From Myxococcota bacterium (GTDB lineage Bacteria; Myxococcota; JACRCW01), in assembly GCA_040752415.1 (NCBI GenBank), contig JBFMGU010000178.1, forward strand, positions 1 to 22,348: DNA of 22,348 nt, read 5' to 3'. This document shows positions 1-9,341 of this stretch, one piece after another (the stretch's first letter is position 1; each line of letters opens with the position of its first letter). The notes under the pieces were generated by a model. That model was not told where the DNA came from. It was given only the letters and a program-made list of their open reading frames with translations, and searched no databases. Made by a program: the position numbers and the translations under genes.

Positions 1-99
1 GCCACGGTGCGACAACCCGGACAACCGAGCGCCGCCCGCCCGACGATGGAGGCCGTCCGGCGCGTTGTGACGGCAGATGGCTCCAGGTGGAGCTAAATT

Positions 100-128
100 T
101 TGACTCGCTTCAGGCCGGGCCTTAGCGT
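100..128 (+). promoter_or_regulatory. Putative sigma70 promoter of the M23 peptidase/nagZ operon
   Basis: TTGACT (100-105), 17-bp spacer, TAGCGT (123-128); AT-rich TAAATTT just upstream; about 40 bp before ATG 168. Confidence 0.5.
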
Positions 129-167
129 GAGCGCATTCCAGACAGGCCCGGGAGCGCAGAAATCCCC

Positions 168-1520
168 ATGCCCATCAAGCGTTCAGCCTCCTACCGCGGG
201 CGCGCCATCCTCCGGCGCGTGAACACCCGGTCCCCCGTTGCCATGCTCACCGTGGGGCTGGTGGGTGGCCTGCTGGGGCACTCGTTGACCACCGCGTGTC
301 GCCCCGCTGACCCGGAACCGGAGCTCTCCGTCGTCACCCCGGCTCCCGTGGCCGCGCCCGCTCCCGCCGTTGTCGAGGTGACGCCGGCGCCCACGCAGCG
401 CGAGGCCCCGGAGATGCCCGCGCAGGTGCAGGTGCGCGAGGTCTCTCGTCGGATGAACCGCGACACGCTGGGCGCGCTCTTGTCCCGCGCGGACGTGTCG
501 GGCGACGTCGCGGCCAACGCGGTGGCGGCCATGCGTCCGGTGCTGGATGCGCGGCGGATGCGGCCCTCGGACTTCGTGACGGTGCGGCTGGAGAACGGCG
601 CGCTGGCACGCATCACCATCCAGCGTGACCGCGACGACGGCGTCCCCGAGACCATCACCGTGCAATCCGACGGGCAGGGCGGCTTCACCGCGCGCACCGA
701 GGCGCCGGAGGTCCGCGTGGAGGTGGCCAAGCTCTCCGGCACGGTGCAGAGCACGCTGTACGAGAGCATGGTGGCGGCGGGAGAGATGCCCAGCCTCATC
801 AACCAGTTCGTCGACGTGTTCGCCAGCCAGGTGGACTTCTACCGTGAGGTGCAGAACGGCGACGGCTTCCGCGCGCTCGTCGAGAAACGCTACGCGGGCG
901 ACAAGTTCGTGGGCTACGGGCGCGTGCTGGCCGCGGAATACAAGCAGGGCTGGCGCACGCTGCGTGGCTTCCACCACAAGAGCCAGGACGGCAGCGCGGG
1001 TCACTTTGACGAGAAGGGCCGCAGCCTGCTGACCGCGTTCCTCAAGACCCCCATGGAGTTCACGCGCATCACCAGCAAGTTCGGCATGCGCTTCCACCCC
1101 ATCCTCAAGGAGCGCAAGGCGCACAACGGCGTGGACTACGGCGCCCCCACGGGAACACCGGTGTGGAGCGTGGCGGATGGTCGCGTGGTGACGGCGTCGT
1201 ACGAGGGTGCGTGCGGCAACGCGGTGATGATCCAGCACAGCAATGGCATCCTCACCGGCTATTGCCACCTCTCGCGCTTTGCCGCGGGGCTGAAGGCCGG
1301 AGCGCGTGTGTCCCAGAAGCAGGTCGTCGGGTACGTGGGGACCACCGGTCGCTCCACCGCGCCGCACCTGCACTTCCTCATGAAGCGCAATGGCCATTAC
1401 GTGAACCCGCAGCGCATGGAAGCTCCGCGCAAGCCCGGCCTCACCGGCGACGAGCTCACGCGTTTCACGCAGTCCATCCAGCAGCTGGCGCACGAGCTGG
1501 ACGCCATCCCGGCCGCCTGA
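168..1520 (+). CDS. M23-family peptidoglycan DD-endopeptidase (MepM/Csd3-like)
   Basis: Zn ligands HNGVDY (HxxxD) and PHLHF (HxH); ITSKFGMRFHPIL and GYVGTTGRSTAPH motifs; N-terminal hydrophobic anchor and Pro/Ala linker; GGGAG RBS. An alternative start lies at 243. Confidence 0.92.
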   Translation: MPIKRSASYRGRAILRRVNTRSPVAMLTVGLVGGLLGHSLTTACRPADPEPELSVVTPAPVAAPAPAVVEVTPAPTQREAPEMPAQVQVREVSRRMNRDTLGALLSRADVSGDVAANAVAAMRPVLDARRMRPSDFVTVRLENGALARITIQRDRDDGVPETITVQSDGQGGFTARTEAPEVRVEVAKLSGTVQSTLYESMVAAGEMPSLINQFVDVFASQVDFYREVQNGDGFRALVEKRYAGDKFVGYGRVLAAEYKQGWRTLRGFHHKSQDGSAGHFDEKGRSLLTAFLKTPMEFTRITSKFGMRFHPILKERKAHNGVDYGAPTGTPVWSVADGRVVTASYEGACGNAVMIQHSNGILTGYCHLSRFAAGLKAGARVSQKQVVGYVGTTGRSTAPHLHFLMKRNGHYVNPQRMEAPRKPGLTGDELTRFTQSIQQLAHELDAIPAA

Positions 1521-1543
1521 CACCGCGAAAGGAACCTCACGAC

Positions 1544-3322
1544 GTGGGCACCGCGGCGCGCACAGGGACGGCACTTCTCCTGGGAGCGGTCACGCTCGCG
1601 CTGGGGATGTCCGCGCATGCCGCCATGGCGCCTGCCGCCACGTCGTCACCGGCGGCCGCGGAGGACCTTCCGCCCGCGCCGCGCGTGGTGGCGGGCGTGG
1701 ACCTGGAGCCGATCCTGAACGGCATGTCGCTGGAGCAGAAGGTGGGGCAGCTGCTCTTCCTGAGCTTTGGCGGCACGGAGATGGATGAGCGCACGGAGCG
1801 ACTGCTCCGCGAAAAGCGGCCCGGCGGCGTGGCGTTGTTCTCGCGCAACATCGTGAACCGCAAGCAGCTGCGCGCCCTCACCCACGACGTGAAGGACGTC
1901 ATGGCCGCGGACATCCCGCCGTTCCTCGCGGTGGACCAGGAGGGCGGCACGGTCATCCGGCTCAAGGACCACGCCACGCTGCTTCCCTCGGCCATGGCGT
2001 TGGGCGCCTCGCGCAGTCCCTCCCTCTCCGAAGCGGCGGGGCGGGCGGTGGGTGCGGACCTGCGTGCGGCCGGGTTCAACATGAACTTCGCGCCGGTTCT
2101 CGACGTGAACAGCAACCCGGACAACCCGGTGATCGGCGCGCGGTCGTTCGGTGAGAAGCCGGAGTTGGTGGCGGAGCTGGGGGCCAGCTTCATTGCGGGG
2201 CTGCGCGCTTCCGGCGTGGCGGCGGTGGCCAAGCACTTCCCCGGCCACGGCGACACCACCGAGGACAGCCACTACCGCCTGCCCAGCCTCCCGCATGACC
2301 TGGACCGCCTGATGCGCCTGGAGCTGGCCCCCTTCAAGCGCGCCTCCGACGAGGGATTGGCCGCGGTGATGACCGCCCACCTGGCGCTACCGCGCATTGC
2401 CGAGGAGCCCGACCTCCCCGCCAGCCTCTCGAAGAACGTGCTCACCGACATGTTGCGCAAGCGCCTGCGTTTTGGCGGCATCATCATGACCGACGGGCTG
2501 GAGATGGAGGCGGTGGCGGGTCGGTACGGCGCGGGGAACGCGGCGGTGCGCGCGGTGAAGAACGGCGCGGACATGGTGATGGTCCTCTGGTACCCGGAGC
2601 GGAAGAACGAGGTGCACCGCGCGCTCCTGCACGCCGCACGCACCGGAGAGATCCCCGCCCCCCGCCTCGACGACGCGGTGCTGCGCATCCTGGGCGAGAA
2701 GGCCAAGCTGGGCCTGCTGGGGCCGGTGCCGCCGCCGCCGGTGGTGCCGGGTCGGAGCCTGGTGGGGATGGATGACCAGGTGGCCAGTGCCGCGGTGACG
2801 TTGCTCCGCAATGAAGGCGACGTGGTCCCGCTCTCCCGGGAGCAGCAGGTGCTGGTGGTGAGCCCGCATCCGGTGTTCTCCAACGCCATCAAGCAGCGGA
2901 TGCCGCGCGTGCGCACGGTGGTGATCCCGTCCACCGCGGGACCGGAGCGACGTCGAGAGGCGCTCAAGCAGGCCATCAAGCAGGGGCGGGAGGCCGACGT
3001 GGCGGTGGTGGCGGTCATCAATGACGTGCAGCTCAGCATTGCCCAGGCGCTGCGGCGTGACCGTCCGGGCCGTCCGCTCGTCGTGGTGAGCCTGACCAGC
3101 CCGTATCTGTTGCAGGAGGTGCCGGAGGTGGACGCGTACCTGTGCACGTACAGCTACCTGCGGCCCAGCCAGGTGGCCGCCGCGCGTGTGCTCACCGGTT
3201 ACGCCCCAGCCCGAGGACGACTGCCTGTCACCATCCCCGGCTTCTACGCGTTTGGAGATGGGATCATCCCGCCGCGTGCTGCCACCGCTGCGGGATCGGG
3301 GCCGCGGTCGGCGCCGGAGTGA
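1544..3322 (+). CDS. nagZ: Beta-N-acetylhexosaminidase, GH3, two-domain, with signal peptide
   Basis: [27 protein letters not shown] (NagZ Asp-His dyad), MTDGLEM nucleophile; GTG at 1544 after AAAGGA RBS; signal peptide ending AHA. The ORF-track start at 1163 overlaps the M23 gene. Confidence 0.9.
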   Translation: MGTAARTGTALLLGAVTLALGMSAHAAMAPAATSSPAAAEDLPPAPRVVAGVDLEPILNGMSLEQKVGQLLFLSFGGTEMDERTERLLREKRPGGVALFSRNIVNRKQLRALTHDVKDVMAADIPPFLAVDQEGGTVIRLKDHATLLPSAMALGASRSPSLSEAAGRAVGADLRAAGFNMNFAPVLDVNSNPDNPVIGARSFGEKPELVAELGASFIAGLRASGVAAVAKHFPGHGDTTEDSHYRLPSLPHDLDRLMRLELAPFKRASDEGLAAVMTAHLALPRIAEEPDLPASLSKNVLTDMLRKRLRFGGIIMTDGLEMEAVAGRYGAGNAAVRAVKNGADMVMVLWYPERKNEVHRALLHAARTGEIPAPRLDDAVLRILGEKAKLGLLGPVPPPPVVPGRSLVGMDDQVASAAVTLLRNEGDVVPLSREQQVLVVSPHPVFSNAIKQRMPRVRTVVIPSTAGPERRREALKQAIKQGREADVAVVAVINDVQLSIAQALRRDRPGRPLVVVSLTSPYLLQEVPEVDAYLCTYSYLRPSQVAAARVLTGYAPARGRLPVTIPGFYAFGDGIIPPRAATAAGSGPRSAPE

Positions 3323-3388
3323 CGTCGATCTGCGTACGGTGGTGCGCAGCGGCGCGGCAAATTGGAGTTCAAACCGATTTTGAAGGGG

Positions 3389-3417
3389 TTGCTCCCACAT
3401 CTGGGGGCATGTATACG
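3389..3417 (+). promoter_or_regulatory. Putative sigma70 promoter of acpP
   Basis: TTGCTC (3389-3394), 17-bp spacer, TATACG (3412-3417) in an AT-richer intergenic stretch. Confidence 0.35.
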
Positions 3418-3468
3418 GGCGCCCTTTTCAAAACGGCGCCGCACGGCGCCACTGGTGGAGATGAAAAG

Positions 3469-3744
3469 ATGAGCACCCCGCATCCCGAGGTCGCGGCCAA
3501 GGTCAAGTCCATCATCTGCGAGCAGTTGGGCGTGGCTGAGGACGAAGTGAAGATGGAGTCCAAGTTCATTGATGACCTCGGCGCTGACAGCCTGGACATC
3601 GTTGAGCTGGTCATGGCCTTCGAGGAGGAGTTCGAGACCGAGATCCCCGACGAGGAGGCCGAGCAGATCAAGACCGTGGGGGACGCCATCAACTACGTGC
3701 AGGCGTTCATCGAGAAGCGGCAGAAGGCCCAGCAGGGCGGCTGA
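3469..3744 (+). CDS. acpP: Acyl carrier protein (91 aa)
   Basis: [21 protein letters not shown] phosphopantetheine motif, [23 protein letters not shown] before ATG 3469. Confidence 0.97.
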   Translation: MSTPHPEVAAKVKSIICEQLGVAEDEVKMESKFIDDLGADSLDIVELVMAFEEEFETEIPDEEAEQIKTVGDAINYVQAFIEKRQKAQQGG

Positions 3745-4018
3745 AGCTTCACCGACGGTGACGTGGGGAACGCCGCGCCCGCCGCTCACCGCGGGCCGGC
3801 GCTACCGCCCACGTCCACGCCCCCACGCCTCACCACCGGTTCATCCCGGCCATGACGGCCGCGGGGGCGCTTGTTAGCTGCCGGCACTGGCAGAAACCGC
3901 GCGCGCCCACGTGCCCCAGGGCCTGAGCCGCGCGCCGTATCCCTGGGCAGGCCCCTCATCCGGCCTGTCCGCAACGGAGGGCAGGGGCCGCAGGGTGCCT
4001 GTCCCAACGGAGTGCAGC

Positions 4019-5284
4019 GTGCGCAGGGTCGTGGTGACCGGGCTGGGCCTGGTGACGCCGTGTGGCAATGACGTGGCAAGCACCTGGGACGCCATCATCA
4101 ATGGCCGTTCCGGCATTGACACCATCAAGAACTGGGACGCCAAGGAGCTGGCCTGCCAGATTGGCGGCGAGGTCAAGGGCTTTGAGCCCACCCAGTACGG
4201 CGTGACCTTCAAGGAAGTCCGCCGCATGGATGACTTCCAGCTCTTCAGTCTGGCCGCGGGCTACCAGGCCATGAAGGACGCCGGATTCCCCGCCGACGCC
4301 GAGGGCATCCCCCGCGTCTCCGACGCCGACGCCGAGGAGGCCGCGTGCATCTTTGGCGTGGGCATGGGCGGCGTCAGCACCATCACGGAGTGCCACTGGC
4401 TCCTCAAGGAGAAGGGTCCCCGTCGTGGCGCCAGCCCGTTCCACATCCTGCAGATCATCGCCAACATGGCCCCGGGCTATTTGTCGATGAAGCACAACCT
4501 CAAGGGCGCCAACTTCACGCCCACCAGTGCCTGCGCCTCCAGCGCGCACGCCGTGGGTGAGGCCTTTGAGATGATCCGCGCGGGTCGCTGCGACATGGCG
4601 CTCACCGGCGGCGCGGAAGCCACGCTGGAGCTCATGCCGGTGGCCGGGTTCTGTGCCATGCGCGCGCTGTCCACGCGCAATGACAACCCCAAGGGCGCCA
4701 GCCGTCCCTTCGACAAGGAGCGCGACGGCTTCGTCATGGGGGAGGGCGCGGGCGCGCTGGTGCTGGAGAGCCTGGAGCACGCGCAGAAGCGTGGCGCGCG
4801 CATCTACGCCGAGGTGGTGGGCTACGGCGCCACCGGCGACGCGAGCCATCCCACGGCGCCGGCGCCGGAGGGGGAGGGCGCGCAGCGGTCCATGCGTCGG
4901 GCCATCAAGCAGGCGGGCATCAGCGCCTCCGACGTGGAATACATCAACGCGCACGGCACCAGCACCGAGTACAACGACGCCAACGAGACAGCGGCCATCA
5001 AGCACGTCTTCGGCGACGCGGCCAGGAACGTGTGGGTCAGCAGCACCAAGAGCATGACCGGGCACCTCATTGGCGCGGCGGGCGGCGTGGAGGCGGTGTT
5101 CAGCGCGCTGACGCTGGCCCGCGGCGTGGTCCCCCCGACGATCAACTACGAGAACCCCGACCCCGCCTGCGACCTGGACTACGTGCCCAACACCGCGCGT
5201 GAGAAGCGGGTGAAGTACGTGCTGTCCAACAGCTTCGGGTTTGGCGGCACCAACGCCTCGCTGCTCTTCAAGCGCTTTGAGTGA
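4019..5284 (+). CDS. fabF: Beta-ketoacyl-ACP synthase II
   Basis: RRVVVTGLG start; catalytic Cys (TSACASS), His (INAHGTST), His (KSMTGHL); NSFGFGG; GGAG RBS before GTG 4019; follows acpP. Confidence 0.96.
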   Translation: MRRVVVTGLGLVTPCGNDVASTWDAIINGRSGIDTIKNWDAKELACQIGGEVKGFEPTQYGVTFKEVRRMDDFQLFSLAAGYQAMKDAGFPADAEGIPRVSDADAEEAACIFGVGMGGVSTITECHWLLKEKGPRRGASPFHILQIIANMAPGYLSMKHNLKGANFTPTSACASSAHAVGEAFEMIRAGRCDMALTGGAEATLELMPVAGFCAMRALSTRNDNPKGASRPFDKERDGFVMGEGAGALVLESLEHAQKRGARIYAEVVGYGATGDASHPTAPAPEGEGAQRSMRRAIKQAGISASDVEYINAHGTSTEYNDANETAAIKHVFGDAARNVWVSSTKSMTGHLIGAAGGVEAVFSALTLARGVVPPTINYENPDPACDLDYVPNTAREKRVKYVLSNSFGFGGTNASLLFKRFE

Positions 5285-5465
5285 TCAACGCGAGAAGATC
5301 AATCCCAGGTCCAATTCCACCGCATCAAAAGGCTCGGCCCGGACCTTCTCGTCGACCCCGAACGCGGTGACGTTGGCCCCGACTTGTCGACGGGCGGTAG
5401 ACCACCGGCGTCAGCATTCGCGCAGTAGGTGATCTTGCGGTGGGCGGTCGCCCGCGCGTGGGTTC

Positions 5466-5755
5466 GCAGCGCCAGAACAAGCTGCCCATCGGCATGACAG
5501 AGGTCGTGAGCGGACCACGACCTGGAGTGCGGCGGGCCCTCGCCGCCCTGGTCAGCGCCGAGCGGGTCTCCGCACCCGCCGACGGTCCACCACGCGCAGC
5601 CGCGCGCATTCTTCGTCGTCGAGGAGCCCGGGGTTCCCGTGACCGCCGCTGAGGACGCACTTGGCGCTGACCAGGGCGGCGAGGGCCCGCCGCACTCCAG
5701 GTCGTGGTCCGCTCACGACCTTTGCAATGCCGATGGCACCTCATGCTGGCGCCGC
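5466..5755. repeat. Long inverted repeat (REP-doublet/MITE-like element or structured RNA)
   Basis: 5501-5559 is the exact reverse complement of 5663-5721 (59 bp); pairing extends with mismatches to about 5466 and 5755; spacer about 103 bp. Confidence 0.9.
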
Positions 5756-5835
5756 CCCTCAAAAGGCACCCTCTTGGCAATGGTTGTCGACGGGAAGGCC
5801 CGCGCTGCGATGAGCGGGTGGCCTGGCGCGTTGCC

Positions 5836-6330
5836 TCAGCCCGGGCCGGGGCGCGCGGCGGGGGAGGGCGGCGGCTCGGGCCGCGTGGCCTCGATCTCGA
5901 CGACGGCGGCCCGCATCATCTGCGCCACCTCGCGGATGGGGATGTGCTCGGGGCACACCACCTCGCACGCGCGACAATCGCCGCAGCGGTCAAAGTACTT
6001 CAGCGCGGGAACGCACTCGCGGTAGTGCGGCGCGGCGCGCGCCATGGAGATGACCACCATCATCGGGCCCTGCCATTCCAGCGCGTCGGCCTTGGGGGTG
6101 ATGGGGCAGACCTGGTCGCAGGACCCGCAGGCCGTGCAGCGCACGAACGTGTGGTACCGCTCCCGCGCCGCTGGCGGGATGGGCGGCAGGCCCTCCGCCA
6201 CGTAGTTCTCCCGGAAGATGTCCAGCCCCGTACGGTCGGGGCGGAAGGCCCGCAGGAGCCAGCCCTTCAGGCCGTGCCAGCCAATGAAGAACCAGGCGTG
6301 CAGCTGCTTGGGGTCCAGGGGATTCTTCAT
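5836..6330 (-). CDS. 4Fe-4S dicluster domain protein (164 aa)
   Basis: Two ferredoxin-type motifs, CTACGSCDQVCP and CGDCRACEVVCP; aromatic amphipathic N-terminus; start placed at ATG 6330 (MKNPL). Confidence 0.85.
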   Translation of the reverse strand: MKNPLDPKQLHAWFFIGWHGLKGWLLRAFRPDRTGLDIFRENYVAEGLPPIPPAARERYHTFVRCTACGSCDQVCPITPKADALEWQGPMMVVISMARAAPHYRECVPALKYFDRCGDCRACEVVCPEHIPIREVAQMMRAAVVEIEATRPEPPPSPAARPGPG

Positions 6331-6699
6331 GCCTGCCGCCAGATAGCAGACCTCCCGCCCAGACGCTTGTCTGCCTTCCCTGGCTTGGCGGAGGCGCAAA
6401 CGTGGCGCAGGTCACGGCGTCGGGGTGTGGCGTGCCGGTGACAGGGTGTGACGCCGTTGTCAGGGCGGACGTTTGAATGCCGTCGAGCCCTTGCGCGTCG
6501 GCAAAGAAAGCCCCATGTTGCCGCCCCCGTTCCCGCCGTGGCGGGAGGCCAGTTTGGCGCCTCTGAGGGAGAGCAGAGGGCCGGCGGCACGGCGGATGAA
6601 TGCTGGGCGTTGATGGCACGAGGGACCGGCAAGGGCCGGACGCAATGGCTCAACGCCCCTGGACTTGGTTTGGCGGCCTCGGGCCGCAGGAGACTGCAG

Positions 6700-7707
6700 A
6701 TGAAGATGTTTTCGCGTTTGTTCCTGGCAGCAACAACTTCCACTTTCCTGCTGATGGGCTGTACCGACGGCGGTGGCGGTGAAGACGCGGGCGCGGCTGG
6801 CGACGGCGGCGACGACGGCGGCGTGGTGGCTGACGCCGGCATGGAAGACGCCGGCGTGCCCGACGCGGGCCCCAGCGCCTGCACCGAGGCCGACGGTGGC
6901 AACCCCTGCGGCGCGGACCAGTACTGCGACTTCAGCATGACGCCGGCCGCGTGCATGAAGCGCTGCGACGCGCCGACGAACCCCACCCAGTGCACCGGCG
7001 ACACGCCGATCTGCAACACCGAGACCGGCATGTGCATGGCGCGTTGTGACGCGGCCACCAACCCCACCACCTGCGGCGGTGACGAGGTTTGCAACACCAC
7101 GGACGGCACCTGCATCGCGCGCTGCGACATCGACGCGGGCGCCACGGTGTGCGAGGCCGGTGATGTCTGCGGCACCTCCGGCCTGTGCGAGCCCGAGTGC
7201 GTGGACATGGATTGCCTCACCGCCGTTGGCGCGGGTGAGGAGCTGTGCGATCCCGCCACGAACTCCTGTGCGGATCCCAGCGAGGTGACCGAGGCTGCGT
7301 GCAGCAGCTTCATCCTGGCGTCCAACCCGCCGGATCGCGACCCCGCTGGTCCGGTCATCTACATGGTGAGTGGTGAGAGCGGCGGCGCGGGCTGCGCTGG
7401 TGGTGACACCGCGTACAGCGTGACGTTCCACTACTACGACGCCGACGGCGACGCGGAATCCGACGCCACCTGTGGCGCCACCTGCCCGCTGTATGACCGC
7501 GTCGCGGGCGTGCGCAAGGAAGCGGATGACACCACCTACGGCAACCAGTCCTTCACGGCCTTGACCGGCGACGCCGGCAACACGGCCACCGAGGGGCAGT
7601 TCACGGTGACGTTCTGCTACGGCGCGGCGGATGCCGCGGCGGAGATGCTGATCACCCTGCTGGACACGGCGGACAACCCCAGCAACTCCGCGTGCGTGAC
7701 GTACTGA
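6700..7707 (+). CDS. Cys-rich repeat lipoprotein (335 aa)
   Basis: AGGAG RBS; signal ending in lipobox LLMG-C; D/A/G-rich linker; five 4-Cys modules; acidic C-terminal domain. Confidence 0.85.
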   Translation: MKMFSRLFLAATTSTFLLMGCTDGGGGEDAGAAGDGGDDGGVVADAGMEDAGVPDAGPSACTEADGGNPCGADQYCDFSMTPAACMKRCDAPTNPTQCTGDTPICNTETGMCMARCDAATNPTTCGGDEVCNTTDGTCIARCDIDAGATVCEAGDVCGTSGLCEPECVDMDCLTAVGAGEELCDPATNSCADPSEVTEAACSSFILASNPPDRDPAGPVIYMVSGESGGAGCAGGDTAYSVTFHYYDADGDAESDATCGATCPLYDRVAGVRKEADDTTYGNQSFTALTGDAGNTATEGQFTVTFCYGAADAAAEMLITLLDTADNPSNSACVTY

Positions 7708-7742
7708 TGTTGGGCTGACTGCCGCGCGCAGTCCCTGCCCTC

Positions 7743-7787
7743 AGCAAGCCCCCGTTCGGCCTGGTGTCGAGCGGGGGCTTGTTGTTT
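7743..7787 (+). terminator. Rho-independent terminator after the Cys-rich lipoprotein
   Basis: Stem AGCAAGCCCCCGTTCGGC / GTCGAGCGGGGGCTTGTT followed by GTTT, 35 bp after the stop, between convergent genes. Confidence 0.7.
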
Positions 7788-7878
7788 CGACCGTCGTCGC
7801 GCGAGGCCTCGTGAAGGCGCGGCCCAGCGCGCGGCGGATGCGCCGTGACGACGGAGAACCAGCTTGTGGAAGGTGTGC

Positions 7879-8457
7879 TCAGCGCTTGGGCTTGGGAGCG
7901 CCGCTGGCGGCCTGCGCAATGCGCTCGGCGAGGATCTCGAGGGCGCGGTCGGCGGTCTCCGCGCTCAGGATCATGTCATCCCGGTTGGTGTCCAGCTTCT
8001 CCCCGACGAGGTTCTCCAGCACCGAGCCGTTGGGGGCCATCAGGATGATGGGCTTGCCGTACTGCCAGGCCTGCGCCACGTCGCCCAGCGTGCCGGCGCC
8101 GCCTTCCAGCGCAATGAGCGCGTCGGCCGCGCTGCAGATGAGTGTGCTCCGCGCCAGCCCCATGCCCGTGGGCAACACCAGGTCCAGCTCACCGCAGCCG
8201 TCCTGCTTGCGCATGCTGGAGAGCAGGCCAATGACCATGGGCGGGTCACCAATGATCCTGCCACGACGACGCAGGTTGGCCTTCTCCTCCTGCGCACCCT
8301 CGCACGCGGCCTTCAGCACTTCACCGGTGCCGGCGCACAGGAGGTGAAAGCCCTTGGCCATCACGGCGCGGCCCACGTCGCGCGCCATCTCCACGACCAT
8401 GAAGCCCGCCTTGTCCTGGGCGGCCAGCGCAATGACGGGTCGGGGCGTGATGGGCAT
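7879..8457 (-). CDS. SLOG-superfamily (LOG/TIGR00725-like) nucleotide-binding protein
   Basis: PTGMGLARS...ADALIALEGGAGTLGDVAQAWQYGKPII matches the TIGR00725-type pattern; GGAG RBS. Confidence 0.75.
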   Translation of the reverse strand: MPITPRPVIALAAQDKAGFMVVEMARDVGRAVMAKGFHLLCAGTGEVLKAACEGAQEEKANLRRRGRIIGDPPMVIGLLSSMRKQDGCGELDLVLPTGMGLARSTLICSAADALIALEGGAGTLGDVAQAWQYGKPIILMAPNGSVLENLVGEKLDTNRDDMILSAETADRALEILAERIAQAASGAPKPKR

Positions 8458-8472
8458 GGCGGCGCTCCAGAA

Positions 8473-9252
8473 TCACTTGGCGGGCTTGCCGCGGCCAATG
8501 GCCACCTTCTTGAGCACCACGTCGGTGTTCGGGCGGTCCTGGGCGTTGCGCGGCACGCGCGTGATTTTGGGAATGAGGTCCTCACCCTCGATGATCTTGC
8601 CGAACACGGTGTGCTTGCCGTCCAGCCACGGCGTGGCCTTCTCCGTGATGAAGAACTGGCTGCCGTTGGTGTTGGGTCCGCTGTTGGCCATGGACAGCAC
8701 GCCCGGCTCGGTGTGCTTGAGCTCGGGGACAATCTCGTCGGCGAAGCGGTAGCCGGGGCCGCCGGTGCCGTTGCCCAGCGGGTCACCGCCCTGGATCATG
8801 AAGTCGGGGATGACGCGGTGGAAGATGGTGCCGTCGTAGAGCGGCTTCTTCACCTTCTGGCGCGTGCGCGGGTCGTTCCACTCCTTGGTGCCCTCCGCAA
8901 GCTGGACGAAGTTGGCGACGGTGAGCGGGACCTTGTCCCAGTACAGCTCGGCCACCATGTCGCCCATGCTGGTCTTGAAGGTGGCGTACAACTTGTCACC
9001 CGGCTTCACACCCAGCTCCGCCATGACGTCCTCCTTCTTCTCGGCGTCCAGCTGCTCGCGCAGCGTCTTGATCTCCTGGTCCTTGCGCGCCGAGTCCTGG
9101 CGGGCCCGCGCCGCTTCCGCCTGCGCGCGATTGGTCTCCGCCTTCAGCTTCTGGACCTCTTCCTCCAGGCCCTTGAGCTTGGCTTCCAGCTCCTTGTTCT
9201 GGCAGCCGGACAACAACAACAGCGGGACGACGAGAAGGGACGCGAACCTCAT
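8473..9252 (-). CDS. Cyclophilin-type peptidyl-prolyl isomerase, lipoprotein with coiled-coil stalk
   Basis: FHRVIPDFMIQGGDP, LSMANSGPNTNGSQFFIT, WLDGKHTVFG; lipobox LLSG-C after ATG 9252; heptad E/K/L-rich segment. Confidence 0.92.
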   Translation of the reverse strand: MRFASLLVVPLLLLSGCQNKELEAKLKGLEEEVQKLKAETNRAQAEAARARQDSARKDQEIKTLREQLDAEKKEDVMAELGVKPGDKLYATFKTSMGDMVAELYWDKVPLTVANFVQLAEGTKEWNDPRTRQKVKKPLYDGTIFHRVIPDFMIQGGDPLGNGTGGPGYRFADEIVPELKHTEPGVLSMANSGPNTNGSQFFITEKATPWLDGKHTVFGKIIEGEDLIPKITRVPRNAQDRPNTDVVLKKVAIGRGKPAK

Positions 9253-9341
9253 GGCACCCTGCCAGGACCTCTGGGGAACGTGAGGATGAATGCCGTCAGC
9301 ACCGACGGAGCGACATCCTCTAGCGGAGGCTGCCGCGCCGT

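Noticed and set aside
1163..1543. N-terminal extension of the 719-aa ORF
   Set aside because: It overlaps the M23 catalytic domain in another frame; the RBS and signal peptide indicate a start at GTG 1544
5285..5835. tmRNA, RNase P RNA, SRP RNA, 6S RNA or CRISPR array
   Set aside because: No tRNA-like ends, GAGGAAAGTCC or SRP loop motif were seen, and there is no 6S synteny; the repeats are inverted rather than spacer-separated direct repeats. An Rfam scan would be the definitive test
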